Part shown: positions 10,121-22,329 of the stretch, piece by piece | Layout: each line of letters begins with the position of its first letter | Position numbering within the stretch: position 1 is the first letter of the stretch | DNA from: Callorhinchus milii | Lineage: Eukaryota | DNA: 64,000 nucleotides | Assembly (NCBI RefSeq): GCF_018977255.1 | Contig: NW_024704742.1 | Span: forward strand, 22,322,001 to 22,386,000 | Direction: 5' to 3' | Notes under the pieces: model-generated | Database searches by the model: none | Told to the model about the DNA's origin: nothing | What the model saw: only the letters and a program-made list of their open reading frames with translations | Made by a program: the position numbers and the translations under genes

Positions 10121-13100
10121 TTCTGAACCAAATGTCACCTACAGAATTTTGAAAGTGTGCAAATTCCTCTCTCCCCTTCACTATTGATACTTTTTTTTTA
10201 AGAGAAAAAGTTAAGAGTAGGTAATACAGAATATATCTTTTGTACGTTGAGATTTCTCTGTTTCAGAGTTCAGGAGTCATAATAATAATCCTTGCATTTA
10301 GTATAGCACCTTATCATGTCTTTGAGACATTTTAAATTAAAGAGTAAATGTGTTCCCTTCCCATCATTCAACCTCAGTAATAATATTTGAAACATAAATC
10401 AGGGCAGAGTTTTTGAAACGCACATCAAGAGTTTTGCTGCAACCTTGCATCTAAACGGGCTGGTAGGAAACAAGGCAGTTGAACAAGTTCTTGCTTTTCT
10501 GCTGAGTTTTAACGATTAGCTTCCTAGGGCCTGTGCTCACGGGAGTGCAAGTGGATAAAATTTTCACCTATGAGAAGACAATATTTACCTGTTTATACTG
10601 TACAAGGAGCTGTTGCCCAATCTGGAGAATATTAAGGTACTAGTATCCTGTCACTGGTTGACATATTCCTTATTGTTCTGTAGCCCACTTGTTTTCACAC
10701 TAGATCCAGGTAACCAATGTTATATTTAAAAGGCTCTTAGGCTAGGGTTTATCCACTTTTCACGGAGATGTTACTGAGCTGAATAAATAGATTAAATGAA
10801 CAAACTAAGCAGTCTAAACAATTTTCGGTGCCTGCTGATAGTTTGCTATTTTTTTTTAAAACCACACAGCCTTCCCACTAGAGTTTTAGTCTGACAATAA
10901 ACAAGTTTAATACTTCATCTAATCCCAGCCAGAAGGTAAGTCTAACCTCAAGCTTTTGCAGATGTTCACATCCAATAATCTATCCATAATTGATGAAACA
11001 GGGAGGTCAGATGTAATGGCTGCTACTATTTCAGCAACAAATAAATGGTTATTGACAAAACAAGCCAGTGTGGCGCTGAACGCAATGCCGTGACAAGCAG
11101 GAAACCAGCAGAGACAGAGCAGTAAGGGAAGGGGTGCTCAGCCTTTCAGGTGGAGAATCCTGGATATATTTCTATACTCTTTTGGCATGAAGCTACCACA
11201 GTGACTTGGAGGAAATTGGGAGTGCAAGGGAATATGAATGATACAAGGAGCCCAGGAGAGAAACAAGAGGAGTACAAAGGCAGGAGACCGGTGAGTTTAA
11301 ACGCAGAGATATTCAGAGCTTCATTTTGAGAACAGTGCTCTGGTCCAGATGTCTGCCTTACTTTTATCTCACAGCAACATCTATGGCAATATACCCGCTT
11401 GTCAAGTTTCAGTATCCTCTTAAGACCCTGAAATCATAGCATATGCATGTGCACACTTCAACACCAACACCTATCTACAATCAGGGCTCCATTAGTGAGC
11501 TGCCGAATACAGTAAATACAGTACCTCTATTCTCAGATTAAAAAGTTTCTTTTTTAAACATTAATAGAATTGTACATGAAAAAGAATTGGAAACGCATGT
11601 TTTCTTTTGAGCACAACACACACTAGAATGAAATACCTAAGGAATCGTCTGAGATACAACGATCGAGAAGCATTTCAAATCTAAAATATTTGCTTAAAGA
11701 TAAAAGAAATATCGGAACACGATAAAAATGTGAACACATGCCAATGTTTGTAATTACACACTTATTTTTTAATGCATTTCATTTGCAATTATTATATTGA
11801 ATTATACGATTCAAAAATCCTCAGTTAAAAGGGGTTCAGAAATTAGGGCAAAAACATGCTTTACCATAACCTGAAAATCTCACACACGGGGCATGATGCA
11901 GTGGATTCAATTTTGACTTGATTTATAAAGGATAAAAGAACAAATGACAGTATTTTCTGCATTACAGAAACAAATGCCACAGCAGGATTAACCCTCACAG
12001 GCATGTAGGCTGTCTCAGTAGCAGGTGCTGCTTTAAACTATGGCTTTAAAGATTTTTTTTAAAAAAATCCCTTTTTCTTTTTCAGTACATTGTGTCAATT
12101 TCACGTTTCCCATCTTGGACGAGTTTATAAAGTTCTGAATGTGTTATGTTATGTTCTGAATGGCATGCTATTTGAGTAAAATTAAGAATGTTTGTCCATT
12201 AATGTAAAAACTAATCATTCCTGCCATTGCGCTTGTTTGTGTGTGCTGTGATCTGACATTTCAACCCTCAATTTCTTTGATACAAAAATAACATCAGTGC
12301 CTCCTACCTTTTAGATTTTTCAACAAGTAACACAATTGTAGAAAGAACTATGAAATTATTCACTGTTGGATCAGAAAATTTACTTGATCTCTAACTGAAT
12401 GAAGAACACACCAAGGGAAAAACTAACAGTGATTGGAAAATAATAATTTGTTAAATGTTTTAACAATCTATCACAAACAATTAATTATTTCACAGATCAA
12501 AATATTCAATTTCTTTACGTCACGAACCGCACGTCAGAGGTTTCTGGTCAACCTTTATTTGACAAATGTTGAATGCATAATTTTGAATGCACATAAATGA
12601 GTTAAATTAAAGAACACCTTCTGTGTCTCATATACAGTAGATTGGTTAGATTTTTGTTACATAATAGGATTCAGTAGCACAGGCACGCAATTCAGATGTT
12701 ATTGCTGTCTGATTTAATGTTTTTTGTACTCCTCATCAAGCTAATAGGTCATAACATTAAAGAAGATATTAAAGTTTTATTTCACACCTCAAAAAAAATC
12801 ACCATACACTAATATTATTTTAAGTAAAACAAAAACAACATTACTGGAGACATTATTGTTCACCGTTACATGTATAATAAGTATTTTAAGCAAAAATCCC
12901 TCCCTGATGTCCAATAGTGGCCACAAGATTATTTGTTGGTTGAATGGGAGAAACACTAATGAGGTAACAGTGGGAGGAAATGATCGTCTTTTACAGCAGC
13001 TGTTGCTGTTCGATCCCAGCTATAGTCGTCCGTAGAATGACAGCCTGAGGTGGGTGCATTACAACAGGATAAAGGAGATGAAAACTCTGATGGAAAAGCA

Positions 13101-14514
13101 GGGAAACAACCATTGAGACCCCAGAGCTGAGACCCCAGGAGTCTTGCGCTGTGTGGCAGGACCTCTTTAGCATGTCTCTGAGGCTTGGCCTGGCAATGAA
13201 CAGCATATTACCACAAGGCAAAGCAGAGAGCTAGGAAGCTCAGTATAATGATAAGCGGGCGTCCTAAGGGAGGTAAAACTATGATCTAAGGCCTGTATAC
13301 ATCTGAGCTCCTCTCAGATGGAGAGACGATTTATGTATAAAAACATAAATGTAAATCTTTGGCCAGGGTTCTCAAAAAGAAAGGCATACGTGAGCTTTTA
13401 CTTTTTTCCAACAAAAGACATTATCATTTAGCTTTCATTTATTTTTTGATCAAAAAATGTTTTAAACGTGTGGCTACTTTGGACGGTGCAAATACAGCGA
13501 GATTGTAGCAAAACAGTAATAGGTAATATCAATTTATACTGTAGTTATTTCCCAGCTTTCACAGGTGATCAAAATATTTACACAATAATTCAAAGTGCCA
13601 AATAAACACAAAAGGAAAATTCCATCCTACAGTATGGAAGCAGTACAAATAATCTTTAATTAAGAGCTTCATATTACTTGATATAATAAATCTAGCAAAA
13701 TTATTCACAAATAATCGGAACACTGTGAGGCACCACCTTTTATACACTGACTATTTAAAAAGACACCTATAACAAATCTGATTTAAGGAGTTTACGTTGT
13801 TGAATTTGTTATTGTTACATATTTTGTTATTTTCCTTTATAATAATATCTTCATGAAGTTATTTTTGATACACATTTTATCTCTGCAAACTGAACATCAA
13901 TTTTAAAAACTCAACGGGCTTAAGCGTGTGAGGATTATAGAAACATATTTGCACAGCAAAAACAAACTGTAAAGAATAAATAAAAACAGTGTTCATGGCA
14001 AGATAAATTATTGTTCTGACCTAATCGATAAAAACTATTTCATATTTTAAATTAGTCCATTTTGGGGAAAAATCAAAAACTAAATTCCAGATAAAAAGAA
14101 CGTGTTTTACATACCCTCCTTGTTCTACAATTTAAATCTGGAGAACAATGTATCAAAATTGTAAACTCTTATCCATATTTTTAACTTATTAAAAGAATGT
14201 TGGAAACAAGAAAAGTGTCTTTTAGGTCTATTTATTCCATTTTCCAAATTTAAAATCTGGTAATTCCACAATGCTGTCAAATTTAAAATCAAACATATAA
14301 CAATCACTGTTTTAAATCAGCAGACTTCATTGTGCTGCTGAACCTCAGATATTATAAAATAACACAATCTCTCTCTTCCCTCCACCACCCCCTAACAAAT
14401 TAAAGTCACCAAACAAAATGTTCATTCAAATTTAGAAAGTCCAATCAAAAAAATTCTATGAATCAAAGATGGCATTTGTAATATGATTCATTAAGAGAGA
14501 CTCAGAATCACACT

Positions 14515-15350
14515 AATGACTTGAGTCTGGCTCTGTTGGTAGCTCTCTTGCTTCTGAGAGAAGGTTTATAGGTTTAAGCTCCACGTCAGGACTTTGAACC
14601 GAGTACTCTACTGTACTGGAGTACAATGTTGCACGAGCTCTGACAATGCAGCCCTCCACCTGCACTGCTGCATTGTCGGAGGTGCCATTCTTAGGATGAG
14701 GTCCCTATTCAGGTCGATGTTAAAGATCCCATAGTACTATAAATAATAATAAATAAACCTTCCATTTGATACAGCCACTTATGTTTTCGAAACTTCTGAA
14801 ATCGCTTCACAGAATATACTGTAAAGTGAATTGACTGTATATTTTGTGGCAAAACACAGCAGCCAATTGCGCACAGCAGTGTCCCACGAACAGTGGTGGA
14901 TTGAGTGACCAAATTATTATTATTATTTTAAGGGATTATTACCCCCGGAAAAGTGATCTGCCAATCGACTGACAACCAGATACCTACTTTCTGCTAGGTA
15001 AACAGAGGTGCATGGAGTAAGGAAATTTGCCCAACGTTTCGCCCTGCCTGGGAATCAAAGCCAGGTCCTCTTGTTTGCGAGGCGAGTGCTCTAACCACTA
15101 AGCTACAGGACTCCACTCTACTATTTGAAAAACTCTTAAAAAAGAATTTTTCCCAGTGTACCAAACAACAATCTGCCAGATATATTGGTCATTCACTTCA
15201 GGGCTGGTTGTGGGATACTGCTATTTACAAACTGACTGCTGCCATCGCCTACAAAACATTGTCGTTACACTTTACAGTAAATGCTGTGAAAAGCTTTGAG
15301 ATGGCTTCCCAACGTGAAAGGTCCTATGTCAAATTCAAGGCTGATTATTT
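14515..15350 (+). mobile_element. DeuSINE split by an inserted younger SINE
   Basis: Head and Deu core (GCTGCATTGTCGGAGGTGCC...TAAAGATCCCATAGTACTAT) run to 14740 and resume at 15119 (TACTATTTGAAA...GGTTGTGGGATACTGCT...AGCTTTGAGATG...AAATTCAAGG). Confidence 0.8.
14741..15116 (-). mobile_element. tRNA(Ala)-derived SINE, same family as 8131-8459, with 6-bp TSD
   Basis: Minus strand starts GTGGAGTCCTGTAGCTTAGTGGTTAGAGCACTCGCCTCGCAAAC; same body and tail as the 8.1-kb copy; TACTAT at both 14735-14740 and 15119-15124. Confidence 0.9.
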
Positions 15351-16409
15351 TGATGGTAAATTCCGATAGTAAAAGTCAACATACAAATTGCGTAACTTGC
15401 AATTTATTTCTACCGTTCTGGAGTAGGATCACCAGTCGGCTGTGACTTACTGCTGGTTATTGAGAAGATTTCCCATTAGCTATGAGTGAAATCCATTGCA
15501 AACCATTGATTTGTGACCGAATAATTTAATTTTTCAAGATGACGTGCATTAAAAAGTGAACCATATGAAAGGGAAAGCATAATTACTCTACCCCATTAAA
15601 ACTACTGTTTTACTCAAATTTAAAGCATTTATTTTCACTAAATGTATCTTAATGATTCTATGATCCAAAATCAGGGTGCATCATAGTATCAGTAGCATAT
15701 TAAAACTGCAAGTGAGTTCCCTTTTCTTTTCTCCGAAACCTCTAACATCTCTCTGGGCCTGAGACTTGAATACTATTTAAATATAGTAAATTGAAAGCAC
15801 AAGAAGAAAAAGTTTGCATGTAATACAAACCATTTCTAAATATAGAATTGATCATAAACATCTAAATGGACAGGGAAAAACTGAGATAAAAATACAGGCT
15901 CTATGGAAAGATAATGTGTTGAAAATGAGTAATTTGCAACCTGTAAATTGCTATGCTAAAAGTGACTAGTTTTGTGGGAAACTGAGATTTTCTAAGAGAT
16001 TCAATAAGAAAATGACACCAAAAAAGGTTCAATTCCAAAGGTTGCTAAGGGGTGCACTAGGATCTCTGTTTTGCTTCCCGACTTACCTTAAGATCTTTCG
16101 GACCTTTTTTCAGCCAAACTCCTGAAAGCAAGAAGCTAGCCACAACTGCAAACCAGAAGCAATAGACTCTAATGGCTTTTGAAACTAGAACTTGTCTGTT
16201 CCCAAATTGCTTGACGTAGCCACTCAGCATTCCAGAAAGTTTTAAAACATGCAAACTCCCATTCGCCTGATTAAAAATTCATTCATTCAAATTTTAGTAT
16301 CCAAAGATAAAGCACTATATTCATTTTGTGCCTACTATCCATGCATTATATAAGGAGAGAATACTCAGTTATGAGTTATGTGTCTCTCTCTAATTTAGAG
16401 AAGTTAATG

Positions 16410-16525
16410 TCAATAATAATAAATAATCTTATCTTGTCATTGAGCATCTCAAAGCGCTTCACTAGATATTTTGTGTGTGAAATGTGGCAGCCAATTGTGC
16501 ACAGCAGTGTCCCACCAACAGCCTA
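16410..16525 (-). mobile_element. SINE tail fragment
   Basis: TCTCAAAGCGCTTCAC...GCAGCCAATTGTGCACAGCAGTGTCCCAC matches the SINE bodies at 8190-8285 and 14800-14890. Confidence 0.7.
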
Positions 16526-16750
16526 AATTTATTTAGGCGAGTGCCTAAATTTATTTGTGGGATGTGTTGACCCCCTTCTCGTACTGGGTGAAACCCTCCT
16601 CCTCGTTTTGAATAATGCCATGAGATTCCTGATTTCAAAGTTATCAAGACAACTTTTTTTTTGCTGAAAAGGGTTTAAAACACTGAATAAAACAGTAGGA
16701 TCCGAGAGGGAAAAAAACACGCAAGGGTCAAACAGTAACATCATACTTAC

Positions 16751-16836
16751 TTTGATTGCTGTTTGTGGATCTCCATTAGCATGGTAAGCTAAAGCCACAC
16801 GGTACGCAGCTAATCCTTCCATCTTCCTGTCGCCCC
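16751..16836 (-). CDS. TTC29: TTC29 internal coding exon (86 nt, phase 1 in / 0 out), single copy
   Basis: ccaccag|GG GGC GAC...ATC AAA|gtaagt encodes (G)GDRKMEGLAAYRVALAYHANGDPQTAIK, similar to recalled human TTC29 GSDKKMEAEASYYLGLAHLAAEEYETALT; phase fits the 213-nt exon. Confidence 0.88.
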
Positions 16837-16843
16837 CTGGTGG
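16830..16843 (-). promoter_or_regulatory. CTCF-like core motif overlapping the exon acceptor
   Basis: Minus strand CCACCAGGGGGCGA matches the CTCF core CCACCAGGGGGCGC at 13 of 14 positions. Confidence 0.45.
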
Positions 16844-18143
16844 ACATGAATATCTAGTTATACGTGTGTACACTTGAATATCTGCACATTGCAGTTCTGA
16901 AACTTCAACACCAACAACTTAGTTTTGGTTTGCAACCAATTTAATTCAGCAGAGTAGCGTTCAATAGGCTTGAAAGCGGTTGTAGCTAGGTGTAAAACGC
17001 CAACAGAACTACACTGAAAGAATGGTTGAATGGTTCTATTACGGTCTGGGGTATCAGGGTTTATATGTTCGAACATAGCCGCAAGATGTTGTAGCATCAA
17101 TACAGTGGCACTATATCAATGGGAACAGAAAGATCAGATCAGCTCCTATTTCCCTTCTTGGCCATAGGAACCCACGTCCCAAAAAGAAACATGAAAAAAT
17201 ATTAGATAGCTTACTTCCTCCTGCAAGCCTGTAAGAAGTGTCATTTTTTTTAAAATTGAGGTTATTTGCCCCACAGGTTCATGGAACAATGATTTAACAT
17301 TTTAAGAAATGAAAGGCACTAACATGTTTAGACATCTGATCTACTGGTGTAGTGCCAGAGGATCCACTTTCACACCGTCTGTATACCCCTGCCCTCCAAC
17401 TTCCCCCTCACAAAAATCTAGTAATACACTGCAAAATTAGTGTTACAGGAAATGGTGACAGGAGCAAACAGAATAAAACTCAAAATATGCTTCACTGCAA
17501 AAAGGAATTCATGTTGCAAAACTGAGGGAAAAGCATTTTTCCCCACGAGTCAAGAAACAGAATTAAGCCTGACATCTACTGCGCTAGCACCTATTTTATT
17601 ACAACCTGAATCAATTCTCTTGTGCACCTTCTGGTAGTCAGTCATAAAGAAACATTAGCAGAGGCCTGCAAGCAGGTCTCCAGCTTGTGCTCTCATGCGG
17701 GGAAGATGTGTGATGTGGGAAATCTCAGGCCAAAAGCAAGAATATAACTTACAAACATCCCACCAGCCCCCAGCAAACTGGCTTTTTAAACTTTGAATTA
17801 ATGCTAACGTTTAATGACAATCAGAACCAAGTGATGGTAACATAATGAATGGGTCTCAGAATTCCTCGTGTGGGTTTCATTATTGTTTTTTCCCTTGATG
17901 TTGATGTTCACAAAAAAATAAAACTTGCACCCCAGGTCAGAGCATAAGCGTAGCAGATATTCTGGAGTTTCGCACGAGTATGGGAAACAACAACCAGAAA
18001 AATAATCTGACTTTATTCTAAATTCCAATATAAAGCTACTGCTAATTATCAAACTATTATTGTATTCTTGCTTTTGAACAAGACAACGTTGGATGCATGA
18101 ACTAACACCCTCACCCCAGCCATATAATCCAGTTGATGTAACC

Positions 18144-18830
18144 TCACACTCTCTCTCACACTCTCTCTCTCTTATTCACTCTTCTCACATTCACTCTCAC
18201 ACTCACTCACTCTCACACACACACTCTCTCACACACTCACTCACTCTCTCTCTCACTCTCACACATCACTCTCTCTCATGTGCTCTCTCACACACTCTCA
18301 TACACACTCTCACACTCTCTATCTCACGCTCTCTGACACTCTCTCACTCTCTGACACTCTCTCTTTGTGACACTCTCTCACTCTCTCATACTCTCTTTCT
18401 AGCAAGCTCTCACGCACTCTCACTCTCTCACACACTCTCTCTCTCTTTCTCTCATACTCTCTCTCGCTCTCTCTCACAATCTCTCTCTCTAACACACACA
18501 CACTCACATTCATTTTCACTCTCTCTCACATTCTCTCTCTCTCGCACTCTCACACACTCTCTCTCACTCTGTCACGCTCCCTCTCTCTGTCATGCTCCCT
18601 CTCTCTGTCTGTCACGCTCTCTGTCACACTCGCTCTCTCTCATGCTCTCTATCTCTCTCTCACATTCTCACTCTCACTCTGACACACTCGCTCGTACCCT
18701 CGCTCGCGCACACTCTCTCTTGCGCACTCTCTCTCTCTCTCTCTGTCAGTGAGTGATTCAGTGAGTGAGTCAGTCAGTGAATGAGTGAGTGAATCAGTGA
18801 GTGAGTCAGTCAATGAGTGCATGTGACATG
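18144..18830. repeat. Compound (CT)n/(CA)n microsatellite followed by an inverted (GAGT)n block
   Basis: CTCTCTCACACACTC-type low complexity to ~18746, then GTGAGTGA(A/G)TCA repeats to ~18830. Confidence 0.95.
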
Positions 18831-19178
18831 TTGATGTGAGTCTCTGTATGTGAGAGGGAGAGTCAGGGACTGAGAGGCTGGGACACTGTGGAGCTACAAT
18901 GACTTGTAACACCACACCTCACTACAATAGTCTGTTTAGATTTGTAGCCCTGTGTGTCTGTGTGTCTCTATTGTATTTTGCGTGATGTCTAATGACCACA
19001 ATCTGATCTGAATAAAGGCCATTAACAATTAGTGTGGATGATCAGCTCTCTAACTTACAAATGTGTTATTAATGTGGAATAAAATAAATATCTGGCTTAT
19101 TTTCGATCTTCAATATTAATCTTATTCACCAAATTTATCCATATTTTGTGTCAAAATCCCCCCTCCCCACTAATGTTT

Positions 19179-19240
19179 CAACAACAACAAGATTACATTT
19201 GTATGGCGCCTTTCGTGTCAGGAGGACGTCCCAAGGCCCT
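19179..19240 (-). mobile_element. Isolated L2 3' tail
   Basis: Reverse complement AGGGCCTTGGGACGTCCTCCTGACACGAAAGGCGCCATACAAATGTAATC(TTG)n is nearly identical to the tail at 7232-7295. Confidence 0.8.
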
Positions 19241-19649
19241 CTCACTCTTTTTGTAAACACAAGAAATAGACTGTAGGGTATAATGTAAAGTCCATATCAG
19301 TAACCAAATCAGTCTCAAGTTTCCTTTTACCTGATCAACTGCGGCAGTAAATCCCACTGTTTGCCCACAAGAAATGTCCTCAAGCAAACAACTACTTTAA
19401 ACCTTGACACTTCTAACATGTAAAGCTATGACACCGTCCTTTTAACATGAGATTGACACCATTGATTTATGTGTTTCTTCAGACAATTTTTATTTTTTAT
19501 AAAAAGTTGACAATATGTGTGTGCCAACATTTAAATTTTAAATGTCCCATCCTGGGACTTTTGCTGCAACCAATGGTCATCAAAGTATATGTTATCTTCC
19601 AGTTAAACAAAACTTATGAAGATTGTTTCAGGATTTGGAAAAAAAATCA

Positions 19650-21000
19650 AGAAATATAAAAAGGAGCTGAAATTGATTCTTGAAGACAGGATAGCTTTCT
19701 TGAAACACTTTCACTCACTTCATTGGAATTCAGTCTTTGAAATTGTTGGGTTAGACAGGTTAGAGAGTGTCACCCAGCACAAGAGGACACCACAGCAGGC
19801 TCCAGGACAATTCTATTTCATGACTACTGCTCAAAGAACTGTATTTTCTCTTGTGACTGGGTAGAAAGCACCAAGCTCTTTCATGATGCCAGCAATCTTT
19901 CTCAGGGACTCTAGCATTTCTGCGAGCCAAAAAAGGCTCAGATACCACACTGTGCCAGAGCATCTGTCTCAAAGTCCTCTGGAGCAAGGGAAACAGGTGT
20001 CAAGATAAAAAGAAGACTGAATGCCTCAAATCTCAAACAAAAGCAGAAGATAGTGAAAACCAAAGGGGTAGAACCTGCATCAGAACCTCGAGCACAGGTT
20101 AGTCAACGTAACAGGTGTCACCGCTTCTGAAAGCACTGTAACCAGGTACTAGGTAGGGGAGCCAGCCACCAGGTCATCCCCCAACACAGGAATCTGACTT
20201 GCATATCATATCCTTGGGTTGTTCTCCAGTGCTTCTGCTCCAACTCACAAAGGACTTGAACCATTACTAATGCGGTTCCGAAATCCTCATCACGTAGAAT
20301 TGTGGCTTTTGTGTTCAAGAATTCCAGAACGCGAGGACTTTGCCGCAGCTCGAGCCGTCCGTCCGTCCATCCGTCCTGCCTGCCAGCCAATTGCTAAACC
20401 GCTGTTGCCAAAACAAATAATAGGACTTGGGGAAATTTGTAAGTTCATATCCCTGGTTATAACTTCACTGCATTTTCTACTTCTGTTCTTACGTACGAGG
20501 GTCCGGTTCATGAAATGCCCGTCATCGTTACAGTTGCCTCTGGCTTCAATTTGTTTTGCTACCTAATACAAACAAAAAAAAACCAGCAGGCTTGGCAGAT
20601 GTAGTCATTGTTATTACTGTCTCCACTGCATATGCTAAAGTGCAGCCTATTTCTGGCGAAATACTGGAGGTCTTGATTCTACAAACTCAAAACAATCCTT
20701 TGACTTCCACAATTTGGGTTGAGTAAGGAGTGAGGAAATACTACTTTTTTTCCTGTAGACTTTTAACACATGCTTGGCAAGCTTCCTGACAAGTTCAATG
20801 TCGGATTTTGATGTCAACTTATACTCACTAATAAACAGGTGGAGGTGGAAGCGATAGCAACTCCTGGGTTTTTCTGAAACTCTGCAATAGAGGTAATACG
20901 CATGATACAATGCAACTTTCAACAGCTGTTTAATTTCAATCCACTTTCTAACCAGCTTTCCCTTTTGTAATATCTTTACAATCTCTCTCTCTCTTAGAAC
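19650..21000 (-). mobile_element. Fossil hAT transposase (ZMYM1/THAP12/Tip100-like, TTF zinc finger + DUF4371)
   Basis: Degenerate motifs occur in the expected order on the minus strand: ESWLE..YLYCRV..FISEY..KLAKH, VAKQIEARGNCNDDGHFM...QISP (cf. L+RQ..A.RG...GNF..YTSP), EFL...TTQGYD (cf. RGQGYDG), PSTWLQCFQKR*HL (cf. P.A.YVHCFAHRLNL), RCSGTVW (cf. C.TRW). Many stops and frameshifts; it may extend to ~21450. Confidence 0.58.
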
Positions 21001-21719
21001 CTCAATTTAAACTTAAAAAGAAAGTGAGATCCACCAATCAAGTGCCCTGTTAGCCTAGTTCCTCCTCCCAGCGTTTTTGTGTCAAACATTCAGGAGCACT
21101 GGCACCTTCTGAGAACTTTTGAAGGTGCTGCTTACCTGACTGCTGGCTTCCTGAAACTGTTGCATATTAGTGAAAGGAGAACGGAGAATTTTTGTTCACT
21201 CAAGATACAGTAGTTGTTGGGATGTGGAATACCCTGCCATAGATTTCCTCTTGTACTTCTTCCCTGGTCCACCATAGATTTAGTCTGATTGTTGTCCAGG
21301 TCTACTTTCTCCTGTTCCAGGCACAGTGGTCTTTTGCTATTGAAGAGGAAGTCTCTTTTACATCCCCTATTGATTTTGCAGTACATTAGGGACCTCAGAA
21401 GTCCTCTACTTTGGGTAAGACCCCTGTGGCTTCAGAAAATGATACAGGAGAAGAAAAGCTTAGGGCAGGAAAGGGGATTTTACAACTAATGATGGGCGCA
21501 AATACATTTCAAATAAAACTGATGGATAACATTTTGAAACTGCACGACAACTTCAAAGATGCACTATCAATTCTCTGGAGATAAGGCTTTGGCTGGTCAG
21601 GGTTGCAGTCTGATCTTCCTGATGATGATCTTCATTCAAAGCAAATCTTCCATGTCGGGCAAAAAAACATTTCTCTGGAACAAGTTGAGGAGGTTCCTTT
21701 CTGGATCTTCCCTGGATGT

Positions 21720-21942
21720 TTCAGATGATGAGATTCCATTCTGTCTGTTCAAGTGGGTGTTAAAGTCCCACAGCACTTTTCAAAAAGAGAAGTCAGTTTT
21801 TCCCAGTGTGTTGGCCTAATTCCTCCGATACAATTGGTCATTCACTTCATGACTGTTTGTGGGAGATTGCTGTATGCAAATTTAATGCTGTGTTCACCTA
21901 CAAATAAATAGTCACTACACCTCACAATAAATCCTGTGAAAA
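21720..21942 (+). mobile_element. DeuSINE fragment (copy at ~44112-44334)
   Basis: TTAAAGTCCCACAGCACTTTT...CCCAGTGTGTTGGCC...TGGTCATTCACTTCATGACTGTTTGTGGGAGATTGCTGTATGCAAATT. Confidence 0.75.
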
Positions 21943-22142
21943 ATTTTCTGCAACTTTTCATCATGAATACTACTGTATTACTAGACATTCAAAGCTTATC
22001 TAGCATCATAGAGAGATGGGAGAAAAATTATAAAGCTAAATTATGCTCAATGTGCATTTAAAATGTCAGTGTGTGTCGCCTCTGCAATAGAAGTTCAAAT
22101 CTTTAAATGAATGGTACTTCTAAGAGAAATCTTTAAGAAACA

Positions 22143-22329
22143 TCACTCTAGTCACATAATGACTTAAAGTCAGAAAGATCTCTTAAGGGTCAGCAGTAGA
22201 GGAATGCTAAGAGGTGTCATGAAAAGAGTCAGCTGTTTCCATCCTTTTGCATGGTACCCTTAGCATTCCTTTACCTTTGACTCTCAGAGGCCATTTAAAC
22301 ATCCTGCTATGAAGTCATTACTAGAGTGA
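22143..22329. repeat. Imperfect 187-bp palindrome, MITE-like (copy at 44535-44721)
   Basis: Paired arms TCACTCTAGT/ACTAGAGTGA, TAATGACTT/AAGTCATTA, AGGAATGCTAAG/CTTAGCATTCCT, CATGAAAAG/CTTTTGCATG around a central CAGCTG. Confidence 0.8.

Noticed and set aside
1..16700. Further 3' TTC29 exons
   Set aside because: No minus-strand segment resembling the expected downstream peptide was found by eye; they probably lie beyond the window, but a tBLASTn would be decisive.
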